Virus record (IMG/VR): IMGVR_UViG_3300029873_000387
Source: a virus
Lineage: Duplodnaviria > Heunggongvirae > Uroviricota > Caudoviricetes
Strand: one strand, 5' to 3'
Length of the DNA stretch: 13,114 nucleotides
A model generated the notes under the pieces. The model did not search any database. It was not told the DNA's origin and saw nothing but the letters and a program-made list of their open reading frames with translations. Positions 1 through 6,666 of the stretch are shown here, piece by piece (the stretch's first letter is position 1; each line of letters begins with the position of its first letter). A program made the position numbers and the translations under genes.

Positions 1-66
1 ACCGCAAAAGAGACAATGGAGGACAAAATCAAGCGTCTGCTCCGTGAGGAAGTCCGCAAAATGTGA
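1..66 (+). CDS. tnpW: 3' end of a TnpW-family transposon-encoded protein (partial, runs off window)
   Basis: Frame 1 reads TAKETMEDKIKRLLREEVRKM* (TGA 64-66), resembling the C-terminal 'SKET(L/M)EDKIxRLI' motif of TnpW proteins found at the right end of Tn4451-like elements. Too short to appear in the ORF track. Confidence 0.7.
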   Translation, partial: TAKETMEDKIKRLLREEVRKM

Positions 67-86
67 CTTCTTTTTGGATTTGATGA

Positions 87-103
87 AAAAGTCCTTGACT
101 TTT
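87..103 (+). promoter_or_regulatory. Outward-facing -35 box (TTGACT, 95-100) inside an inverted repeat at the element end
   Basis: AAAAGTC-CTT-GACTTTT inverted repeat containing TTGACT, 10 bp from the junction. No -10 box lies at the expected spacing in the integrated state. Confidence 0.45.
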
Positions 104-110
104 CGTCTCT

Positions 111-617
111 GGCAAAACCGCCAAGTCGATCCTGATTTCCTGCGGCGCAAGGCTTGCGCCCTTCGACATCCAGGAGCTGCGGGAGATCACCATGTACGAC
201 GAGCTGGAGCTGGACACCCTGGGCGACCGGAAAACGGCGCTGTTTCTCATCATGAGCGACACCGACAGCACCTTCAACTTCCTCATTTCCATGATTTACA
301 GCCAGTTATTTAACCTGCTGTGCGAAAAGGCCGACGACGTATACGGCGGCAGGCTCCCCGTCCATGTGCGCTGCCTCATCGACGAGTGCGCCAACATCGG
401 GCAGATACCGAACCTTGAAAAGCTCATGGCTACCATCCGCAGCCGCGAGATTTCCGCCTGTCTGGTGCTGCAAGCCCAAAGCCAGCTAAAGGCTTTGTAC
501 AAGGACAACGCCGACACCATCATCGGCAACTGCGACAGCTCCATCTTTTTAGGCGGCAAGGAGCCCGGTACGCTGAAGGAGCTGAATCAGGCGCTGGGGA
601 AAGAGACCATCGACACC
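111..617 (+). CDS. traG: VirD4/TraG type IV coupling protein, internal segment (exon before the intron; 5' part displaced by the IME)
   Basis: Reads GKTAKSILISCGARLAPFDIQELREITMYDELELD...VRCLIDECANIGQIPNLEKLMATIRSREIS...GKETIDT, with a Walker B-like LIDE and motifs typical of Firmicute ICE VirD4. The exon ends at a codon boundary before GTGCG. Confidence 0.93.
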
Positions 618-894
618 GTGCGCCCAGATAGGGCGTTGAGCAAAGTAGTGTAAGGCACTACCCCGTAAGATAACACGGGAAACAACCTGCCTGACCGAAA
701 GGCGAAAGCTGAAACGGGAACACAGCACGGCAGGAAAGCAGTAAGTCACCTAAAGATAACTTGGTGCGACTGAACTGCAATGTTAAGTGGATATGAGGCT
801 TAAGTTGGGTTTACTGAACGCAAGTTTCTAATTTCTGTTATCGGTCAGACGGAGGAAAGTATCTGTAACCTCTGGCACACTGGCGATTGGTTAT

Positions 895-901
895 AGGTGT
901 C
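895..901 (+). other. Intron delta (A895) and EBS1 (GGTGTC, 896-901)
   Basis: Loop of the GATTGGTT/AATCAATC stem. GGTGTC is the exact reverse complement of the last six 5'-exon bases GACACC (612-617), and A895 pairs with the first 3'-exon base T3113. Confidence 0.9.
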
Positions 902-1193
902 AATCAATCGGTTATCAAAAAACGGTGTGCAATCTGTAGGAGAACCTACGGCAAGGAAACGAAAGCGGAGACCGACAATCCACATTTGCCTATGCTCAAC
1001 GCTAACTGGGGATGCCCTAAACAGGAACGCCAACCGAAGGAGGTGAAAATTCGGCTATGGCTGTAGAGCCTGAAAATCCTGCATGGGCACGGAACGCCCG
1101 TAGTAGTCCGAGAGGGGTAATGACCCTCACATGGCGAAGGGGCGTAGTTATTGTGTACTAAAAGAAAAGTTGATTAGGGAGGAAAACCTCAAA

Positions 1194-2993
1194 ATGCAAC
1201 CAACAACCGAAATTTTAGCAAGAATCAGTAGAAACTCACTCGCAAATAAAGATGAAATTTTCACCAGACTGTACCGCTATATGCTGAGGTCAGACCTGTA
1301 TTTTCTGGCATATAAAAATCTGTATGCCAACAGCGGTGCCGCAACTAAGGGTGCAAACGATGACACGGCAGATGGATTCAGCGAAACCAAAATCGCAAAT
1401 ATCATCCAAAGGCTCGCTGATGAAACCTATCAGCCCACACCCGTCAGAAGAACCTATATCAAGAAGAAGAACAATCCCAAGAAAAAGCGGCCTCTGGGAA
1501 TCCCGACATTCACAGATAAGCTGGTACAGGAAGTTCTGCGGATGGTTCTCGAAGCGGTGTATGAGCCTGTTTTCTTGCCAGTTTCCCATGGATTCAGACC
1601 CAAAAGGAGCTGCCATACTGCACTGAAATCCTTAAAAATGGAGTTCAATGGTATGCGTTGGTTCGTGGAGGGTGACATCAAAGGGTGCTTTGACAATATC
1701 GACCACAGCGTTCTTGTAGGCTTGATTCATAGCAAAATCAAGGATGCCCGGTTGATAAAGCTGATTTACAAATTTCTAAAGGCTGGATATTTGGAGGATT
1801 GGAAATATCACAAAACCTACAGTGGTACTCCACAGGGCGGTATCATTTCTCCGCTCCTTGCCAACATCTATCTGCATGAGTTGGACAAATTTGTAATGAA
1901 GCTGAAAAGCGAATTTGATACCCATGGGCAAGAACCTGTCAGGACAGAATATCGCCTCCTAAGCAATGACCTCCAGAAACTTTCCTATCACATCGGCAGA
2001 CGCACCGGGGCAGAAAGAGAACAACTGCTTTCCGAATACAACGAAAAGCGGAAGCTCATGCTGAAAATGCCCTGTACAGCTCAGACAAAAAAGTGCATCA
2101 AGTATATCCGCTATGCGGATGACTTTATTCTCGGTGTGAAAGGAAGTCAAGAGGACTGCCAGTGGATAAAGAGTAAACTTTCTGAGTTTATCCGTGAAAC
2201 CTTAAAGATGGAACTCAGCGAAGAAAAAACACTCATAACTCACAGCAGCGAAAGGGCAAGATTTTTGGGGTACGATGTTCGTGTTCGCAGAAGCAGCATT
2301 ATCAAGCATGGTGGGCCGGGCAAAAAGACAAAACGCACCCTCAACAATTCCTGTGAACTGTCTATCCCATTCGATGATAAGATTCACAGCTTCATTTTCG
2401 CCAAGGAAATTGCGATACAGAAACCGGATGGGAAACTCATGCCTGTCCGCCGTAAATCTCTTTTGCGACTCACAGATTTGGAAATCGTTTCTGCCTACAA
2501 TGCGGAATTACGGGGAATCTGCAACTACTATGGAATTGCCAGCAATTTTTATAAACTGTGCTACTTTTCCTATCTCATGGAATACAGTTGCCTCAAAACC
2601 CTCGCAAGTAAGCATAAATGCACCATATCCAAGGTGGTTGAGAAGTTCAAAGACCACAACGGAGAATGGGGAATCCCCTACGAAACCACAACGGGGCAAA
2701 AACGATGCTATTTTGCAAAATACTCCGATTGCAAGGATAAGGCCAATCCGACGGACATCGTATGCAATGCTGCGGTGGAGTACGGATATTCCCGAACAGC
2801 CTTGGAGCAGAGATTGAAAGCAAAGGTCTGTGAGCTATGCGGTACGACCGAGAGCGATTGTTACGAAGTTCACCATGTCAACAAGCTCAAAAACCTTAAG
2901 GGCAAGCAGGCATGGGAGGTTGCAATGATTGCAAAACGGCGTAAAACGCTGGTTGTGTGCAAAAAATGCCATGTTGCAATCCACAACCAGTGA
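1194..2993 (+). CDS. ltrA: Group II intron-encoded reverse transcriptase/maturase with HNH endonuclease (LtrA-like, 599 aa)
   Basis: Start reassigned to ATG 1194 (GGGAGG RBS; MQPTTEILARIS resembles LtrA MKPTMAILERIS). RT motifs RPLGIP, EGDIKGCFDNI, GTPQGGIISPLLANIYL and YADD are present, plus a C-terminal CELCG...EVHHV...CKKCH HNH domain. Confidence 0.96.
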   Translation: MQPTTEILARISRNSLANKDEIFTRLYRYMLRSDLYFLAYKNLYANSGAATKGANDDTADGFSETKIANIIQRLADETYQPTPVRRTYIKKKNNPKKKRPLGIPTFTDKLVQEVLRMVLEAVYEPVFLPVSHGFRPKRSCHTALKSLKMEFNGMRWFVEGDIKGCFDNIDHSVLVGLIHSKIKDARLIKLIYKFLKAGYLEDWKYHKTYSGTPQGGIISPLLANIYLHELDKFVMKLKSEFDTHGQEPVRTEYRLLSNDLQKLSYHIGRRTGAEREQLLSEYNEKRKLMLKMPCTAQTKKCIKYIRYADDFILGVKGSQEDCQWIKSKLSEFIRETLKMELSEEKTLITHSSERARFLGYDVRVRRSSIIKHGGPGKKTKRTLNNSCELSIPFDDKIHSFIFAKEIAIQKPDGKLMPVRRKSLLRLTDLEIVSAYNAELRGICNYYGIASNFYKLCYFSYLMEYSCLKTLASKHKCTISKVVEKFKDHNGEWGIPYETTTGQKRCYFAKYSDCKDKANPTDIVCNAAVEYGYSRTALEQRLKAKVCELCGTTESDCYEVHHVNKLKNLKGKQAWEVAMIAKRRKTLVVCKKCHVAIHNQ

Positions 2994-3017
2994 GTAACTA
3001 CTGACCGAACGATAACA

Positions 3018-3051
3018 GAGCCGGATACATTGAGAGATGTAAGTCCGGTTC
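3018..3051 (+). ncRNA. Group II intron catalytic domain V
   Basis: 34-nt hairpin GAGCCGGATACATTGAGAGATGTAAGTCCGGTTC with the AGC triad and a GAGA tetraloop. Confidence 0.93.
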
Positions 3052-3112
3052 CTGGAGAGGGTGGTGCAAACCTACCATAGTAATATGGCAAGGCGGTGCC
3101 TCCCTACTCCAC

Positions 3113-3412
3113 TTCAACACCGGTGAGAGCCGTGGACGGGAGGTGTCCCACAGCCTGAACTATCAGAAGCTGGGCAAAGACCTTGCCACGATAGACGAAC
3201 TGGCGGTGCTGGACGGCGGCAAGTGCATCTTGCAGCTTCGGGGCGTGCGCCCCTTCCTCTCGGATAAGTACGACATCACCAAGCACCCCAATTATAAGTA
3301 TCTGTCGGACGCGAACCCAAGGAACGCCTTTGATATCGAGAAATACCTCTCCACAAAGCTGGTGCCGAAAGCGGATGAGGTCTATGAGGTGTTCGACGCG
3401 GGCCGCGTCTGA
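3113..3412 (+). CDS. traG: VirD4/TraG coupling protein, 3' exon
   Basis: Reads FNTGESRGREVSHSLNYQKLGKDL...DGGKCILQLRGVRPFLSDKYDITKHPNYKYL...*, the typical C-terminus of Firmicute ICE TraG, in frame with the upstream exon after splicing. Confidence 0.93.
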   Translation, partial: FNTGESRGREVSHSLNYQKLGKDLATIDELAVLDGGKCILQLRGVRPFLSDKYDITKHPNYKYLSDANPRNAFDIEKYLSTKLVPKADEVYEVFDAGRV

Positions 3413-3418
3413 GCGCAC

Positions 3419-3448
3419 AAGCCCGCCGCCAACCGCGCGGCGGCTTTT
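3419..3448 (+). terminator. Putative intrinsic terminator after traG
   Basis: GC-rich stem CCGCCGC/GCGGCGG with a 7-nt loop, followed by CTTTT, just after the traG stop. Confidence 0.5.
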
Positions 3449-3625
3449 CATATAGATACGGATGAGAAAAGACGCTTCCTCGCTTGCAGGGTCGGAACGA
3501 ATCCATGAACGAAAAATTGAAAGGAGAAGCCGGAATCGGGGCTGCATCGCAGCTTTCGCTCCGGCTCCTGCTGTATCCGCGAGATTTCAACACAACCAAC
3601 ACCCAATGATTCCGGCAACACAAAT

Positions 3626-3766
3626 ATGGAATTTTTCAACTCTGCTGTCGGCGTTCTCCAGACCCTCGTCATCGCCCTCGGAGCCGGTCTCGGCATTTGG
3701 GGAGCCATCAACCTGCTGGAAGGCTACGGAAACGACAACCCCGGCGCTAATGCTCATGTACGGTAA
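3626..3766 (+). pseudogene. maff2: Maff2-family membrane protein (putative VirB2-like), truncated by an insertion after codon 41
   Basis: Reads MEFFNSAVGVLQTLVIALGAGLGIWGAINLLEGYGNDNPGA then NAHVR*. Intact Maff2 continues KSQG(M/I)KQLMAGGG. It occupies the usual position downstream of traG. Confidence 0.88.
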
Positions 3767-3984
3767 GGAAGCAAGCAACCGAAAACAAGAGATAGACCGC
3801 CAGCACTACACTATTCCGAACCAAAGACCAAAAGATAAGCATTGTGGGAAAATCTAAACTTTTGGATTTTCCTACAATGCCAACTACGGCGGAATCCCTC
3901 CCACTCCTTATATCTTTCTGTATACATTGAATTTGTATTTAGTAAAATGCAGACAACACCACGGATCGGCTTTTGGTTGGACAA
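3749..3984 (+). mobile_element. Left end of an element inserted in maff2; resembles the conserved upstream region of tet(W)
   Basis: The junction is at AA 3749-3750, where maff2 homology stops and GC content falls. The sequence ...GGATTTTCCTACAATGCCAACTACGGCGGAATCCCTCCCACTCC...GGATCGGCTTTTGGTTGGACAA matches my recollection of the tet(W) upstream core (not verified by search). tet(W) itself is not in the window. Confidence 0.6.
3839..3880. terminator. Long stem-loop near the left end of the maff2-inserted element
   Basis: GCATTGTGGGAAAATCTAAA / TTTGGATTTTCCTACAATGC, 20-nt arms with two differences, both G-U pairs on the + strand. A T-rich tail follows only on the - strand. Confidence 0.55.
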
Positions 3985-4003
3985 AGCAAAACAATCAGAC
4001 TAC
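3965..4003. other. Putative hybrid attachment site (attL/attR) of the serine-integrase element, crossover near AA 3983-3984
   Basis: Lies about 23 bp past the integrase stop. The recalled tet(W)-upstream similarity ends here, and there is partial dyad symmetry around the AA. Confidence 0.5.
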
Positions 4004-4007
4004 CACA

Positions 4008-5522
4008 TCAAATTTTCCATGCAATTTTAACTTTACCGTGTCCAACATGAATAGATTCAATCAGGGTATCGACCACGGTTAATTTATCGTCAATAGATAT
4101 ATCGTTCCATTTGCTCATGTAATCGCTGATGACGCCGATGTTTTGTCTGTCATACATTTCGGCTGACATCTGAGCGATTTTTTCTTTTACCGTTTTCTTC
4201 TCTTCATCAAGAGCATCAATGCGCTCATTGATATATTCCATTGTCGCTGTGCTTGCAGACACGATTTTGTCCATAAGCGTAGCGATTTCTTTTTCGATTT
4301 CTTCTGCTCGGATTTTCAGCTTGGTAAGCTCAATGGGGTCTCCGTGCTTCTCTTTATAAGAGAGCTTGTTAAACTCTTTGAGCTTGCGGGACATCTCGTC
4401 AAAGACGATGTCTTCAATTCCAGCCGCCTGTATTGCGCCTACACCGTCGCAGGAGGCGGAGATATACTTGCTGTTGCAGATGTAGTATCTTGCGTCTGCA
4501 CTGCGTTTACGGGGATAGGATTTCAGGGAGAGGGCGTGTCCGCAATCAATGCACTTGATTTTACCGGCAAGCCATGTGTTCTTTGCTTTTACGGGTTTGG
4601 CTATCTGGCGCACATTCAGACACTTGCGTCTGCATCGAATCCATGTATCAGCATCGATGCAGCCTGCGTGTGGAGCAAGAACGAGGACATGACCGTCAAG
4701 AGAAATGCTCTTGCGTTTGGCCGCTTTGTTCCCTGTGTACAGATAAGCTCCATTTGTTCCAATGAACTGAGAGATGTCGTTGATGATTTCGGTTCCTTGC
4801 CCGTGGAAGAATTCAAAAATAGAAGCGTCTGCTTTAGCGTACACAGGATTTGTAATAATATCTCGGATGCGCATACGGCTAAAGTTCTTACCGTTAGGAT
4901 TTTTAATTCCATTCTGGCTGAGGTAGCGCACCACATCTGCAAAGGAAACTTGCGGCATAGCATACAGAGAAAAGATAAGCTGCACGACCTGTATCTGTTC
5001 TGGAATGGGTTTATACATACAGGTTTTGATGCCCTCCATAACGGTGTTTTCCAGTTCAAACCCGTAAGGGACTCTGCCGCCCATGTAGAAGCCTTTTCTG
5101 CTGCGTGAGCGGTATGCATCCATGACACGCTGTTGAATCGTCTCGCGCTCAAGCTGGGCGAACACCATGACTATCATCAGCATTGCTTTGCCAATAGGTG
5201 TTGAGGTGTCAAATCGTTCTGTAATAGACACGAACTCAACGCCGTACTTCTGCAGTTCACTGATAACATTTGCAAAGTCAAGAACTGAACGGCTGATTCG
5301 GTCAAGGCGGTACACAATAATTCGTCTTGCGCCGCCAGCACGAACGGCGGCCATCATATCTTGAAAGTCAGGGCGCTCTGTATTTTTACCGCTGTACCCT
5401 TTATCTCGAAATACTCTGTGCGGATTATTTCCTACCTCACGCAGGCACAACTCAATTTGGCTTTCAATAGAGATACTGTCTTCTTTATCAACAGACTGTC
5501 TTGCGTAAATAAAATCTTCCAT
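4008..5522 (-). CDS. Large serine recombinase (integrase), 504 aa
   Basis: YARQS catalytic serine, DKGYSGKNTERPDFQ, YRLDRISR, FAQLERETI, GRVPYGF recombinase domain, CIDCG...YYIC...C zinc ribbon and coiled coil; GGAGG RBS. Confidence 0.96.
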   Translation of the reverse strand: MEDFIYARQSVDKEDSISIESQIELCLREVGNNPHRVFRDKGYSGKNTERPDFQDMMAAVRAGGARRIIVYRLDRISRSVLDFANVISELQKYGVEFVSITERFDTSTPIGKAMLMIVMVFAQLERETIQQRVMDAYRSRSRKGFYMGGRVPYGFELENTVMEGIKTCMYKPIPEQIQVVQLIFSLYAMPQVSFADVVRYLSQNGIKNPNGKNFSRMRIRDIITNPVYAKADASIFEFFHGQGTEIINDISQFIGTNGAYLYTGNKAAKRKSISLDGHVLVLAPHAGCIDADTWIRCRRKCLNVRQIAKPVKAKNTWLAGKIKCIDCGHALSLKSYPRKRSADARYYICNSKYISASCDGVGAIQAAGIEDIVFDEMSRKLKEFNKLSYKEKHGDPIELTKLKIRAEEIEKEIATLMDKIVSASTATMEYINERIDALDEEKKTVKEKIAQMSAEMYDRQNIGVISDYMSKWNDISIDDKLTVVDTLIESIHVGHGKVKIAWKI

Positions 5523-5536
5523 CGGTATCCTCCGTC

Positions 5537-5719
5537 TTATTTCTTTTTCGGTGTGTATTTGCTAAAGACGGTGTACAGGGTTTTTTCAATTTCATTTTTC
5601 TGTTCCTGTCGGTCGTCTTTATGTATAACTGGCGTGAGGTTGATGATGGTATAAATATCGCCGTCATATACGGCGTTGACTTTTTCTTCGGTATATTTTT
5701 TTGCAGCTATGATAACCAA
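5537..5719 (-). CDS. Small protein directly upstream of the recombinase (about 57-60 aa; start uncertain)
   Basis: Strong AAGGAGG RBS, and the ORF ends 14 nt before the integrase start. The 'INLTPV...EIEKTLYTVFSKY' pattern resembles small ORFs preceding Clostridial serine recombinases. Confidence 0.7.
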   Translation of the reverse strand: MVIIAAKKYTEEKVNAVYDGDIYTIINLTPVIHKDDRQEQKNEIEKTLYTVFSKYTPKKK

Positions 5720-5734
5720 CCTCCTTGTTGGCGT

Positions 5735-5772
5735 AAAAAATAATGGGGCTGGCTTATTATCACCAGCCCCAT
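5735..5772 (-). terminator. Intrinsic terminator between the surface-protein gene and the integrase operon
   Basis: Perfect 10-bp inverted repeat ATGGGGCTGG/CCAGCCCCAT (5743-5752, 5763-5772) followed on the - strand by TATTTTTT. Confidence 0.85.
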
Positions 5773-5795
5773 CTCTACATGAAGTACTCAGGGTC

Positions 5796-6569
5796 TTAAT
5801 CCTTTTTCTGTTTGAAGCGACAGCTGAAGCATATCGCCACGCCTGTTGTCACCAATGTTACCAATGCAACAAACAAAGCATTTAACGGTGCATCTCCTGT
5901 CTTCGGGATGGTAATGTTTTTGATAGCATCTGCGTCGTTATACCATTTGGATGTTGCGGTTTGCTTGCATATCATCCCAAAGTTCTGAATTAACACATCG
6001 TTGCTCATGCAAACCTTACCATTGTAGACATCTTCCGGTGTCATATTGAGCGCAGTCAACTCTTTTGTCAGTTCCAAAATGTTGCCATCAAAATGCACAT
6101 CTGTTACTACTCCGGACACTGACCGTGTAAACACCAATTTACCGATTGTAACGGTATCACCACTGATGGTAATTGGCATATTGTTGTAATGTAGCTCCTG
6201 AAGTGATGTTTTTTCTTCGATGCTATATGTGAGCATCGGACGGCTTCCGGTAACAAGAGCTGCATACAAGCCGTTGTCCAGGTTTGTTGGTGCGGCCATA
6301 TCGGTCACAATAAGTTTGCCGGGGTCTACCTTTTGATTGTCGGCATTGTACACCTCAATACTGTAGTAGGCGTATTCACCTTTGCGTGCAGTAGTATTCG
6401 GGTTTACCCGGAAGCTATTGCCGACATCGCCGGGAATCAACTCGTATTTTACGATGTTGATTGTGTATGTCTTGCATGGTTCTGAGGTGGAAGTCCAAGA
6501 GAGGGCATAAACGGAAGTTGTACCAAATACAAGTACAACAACCAGAAGCAGTGAGAAAATTCGTTTCAT
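5796..6569 (-). CDS. Secreted, sortase-anchored surface protein of unknown function (257 aa)
   Basis: N-terminal signal peptide MKRIFSLLLVVVLVFGTTSVYA. The C-terminus has IPKTG, a hydrophobic helix and a basic tail RFKQKKD. Confidence 0.85.
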   Translation of the reverse strand: MKRIFSLLLVVVLVFGTTSVYALSWTSTSEPCKTYTINIVKYELIPGDVGNSFRVNPNTTARKGEYAYYSIEVYNADNQKVDPGKLIVTDMAAPTNLDNGLYAALVTGSRPMLTYSIEEKTSLQELHYNNMPITISGDTVTIGKLVFTRSVSGVVTDVHFDGNILELTKELTALNMTPEDVYNGKVCMSNDVLIQNFGMICKQTATSKWYNDADAIKNITIPKTGDAPLNALFVALVTLVTTGVAICFSCRFKQKKD

Positions 6570-6666
6570 AGTCTTTTCCCTTTCTATGTATATTTCTTCG
6601 GTCGTGAGACGCTGTCTCTACCGAAAACTATTGAACGAAATCATTACACTGCAATGCAGGGTTTCA

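Larger units (their letters stand above)
1..112 (+). mobile_element. Right end of an integrative mobilisable element (Tn4451/serine-recombinase type) inserted in traG
   Basis: The traG frame is open from GGC AAA ACC GCC AAG TCG (111) but meets TGA at 96-98 upstream, and the sequence switches from AT-rich to GC-rich there. A tnpW-like end lies immediately upstream. The likely crossover is the GG at 111-112. Confidence 0.7.
618..3112 (+). mobile_element. Group IIA intron, Ll.LtrB-like (2495 nt), phase-0 insertion in traG
   Basis: 5' end GTGCGCCCAGATAGGG closely follows Ll.LtrB domain I. Domain V lies at 3018-3051 with the AGC triad. The 3' end is CTACTCCAC with a bulged A at -7 (3106). Removing the intron restores KETIDT|FNTGESRGRE in frame. 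Confidence 0.97.

Noticed and set aside
192..653. Listed 153-aa ORF as a complete gene
   Set aside because: It is an internal traG segment. The frame is open from 111, and the last residues (VRPDRALSKVV) are intron sequence.
1131..1193. N-terminal extension of the intron protein
   Set aside because: It lies in the structured intron RNA. The RBS and LtrA similarity indicate ATG 1194.
1194..2993. RT as a retron, DGR or defence-associated RT
   Set aside because: It is flanked by complete group II intron RNA with matching EBS1/IBS1 and carries maturase and HNH domains. No template/variable repeat pair was seen.
3462..3857. 131-aa + strand ORF and the overlapping - strand ORFs
   Set aside because: They cross the maff2 frame and the insertion junction, with no recognisable motifs.
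3842..4030. 62-aa + strand ORF
   Set aside because: It starts inside a hairpin, spans the presumed att junction and overlaps the integrase end.
4344..5108. 254-aa antisense ORF
   Set aside because: It is a shadow of the recombinase gene, with no motifs.
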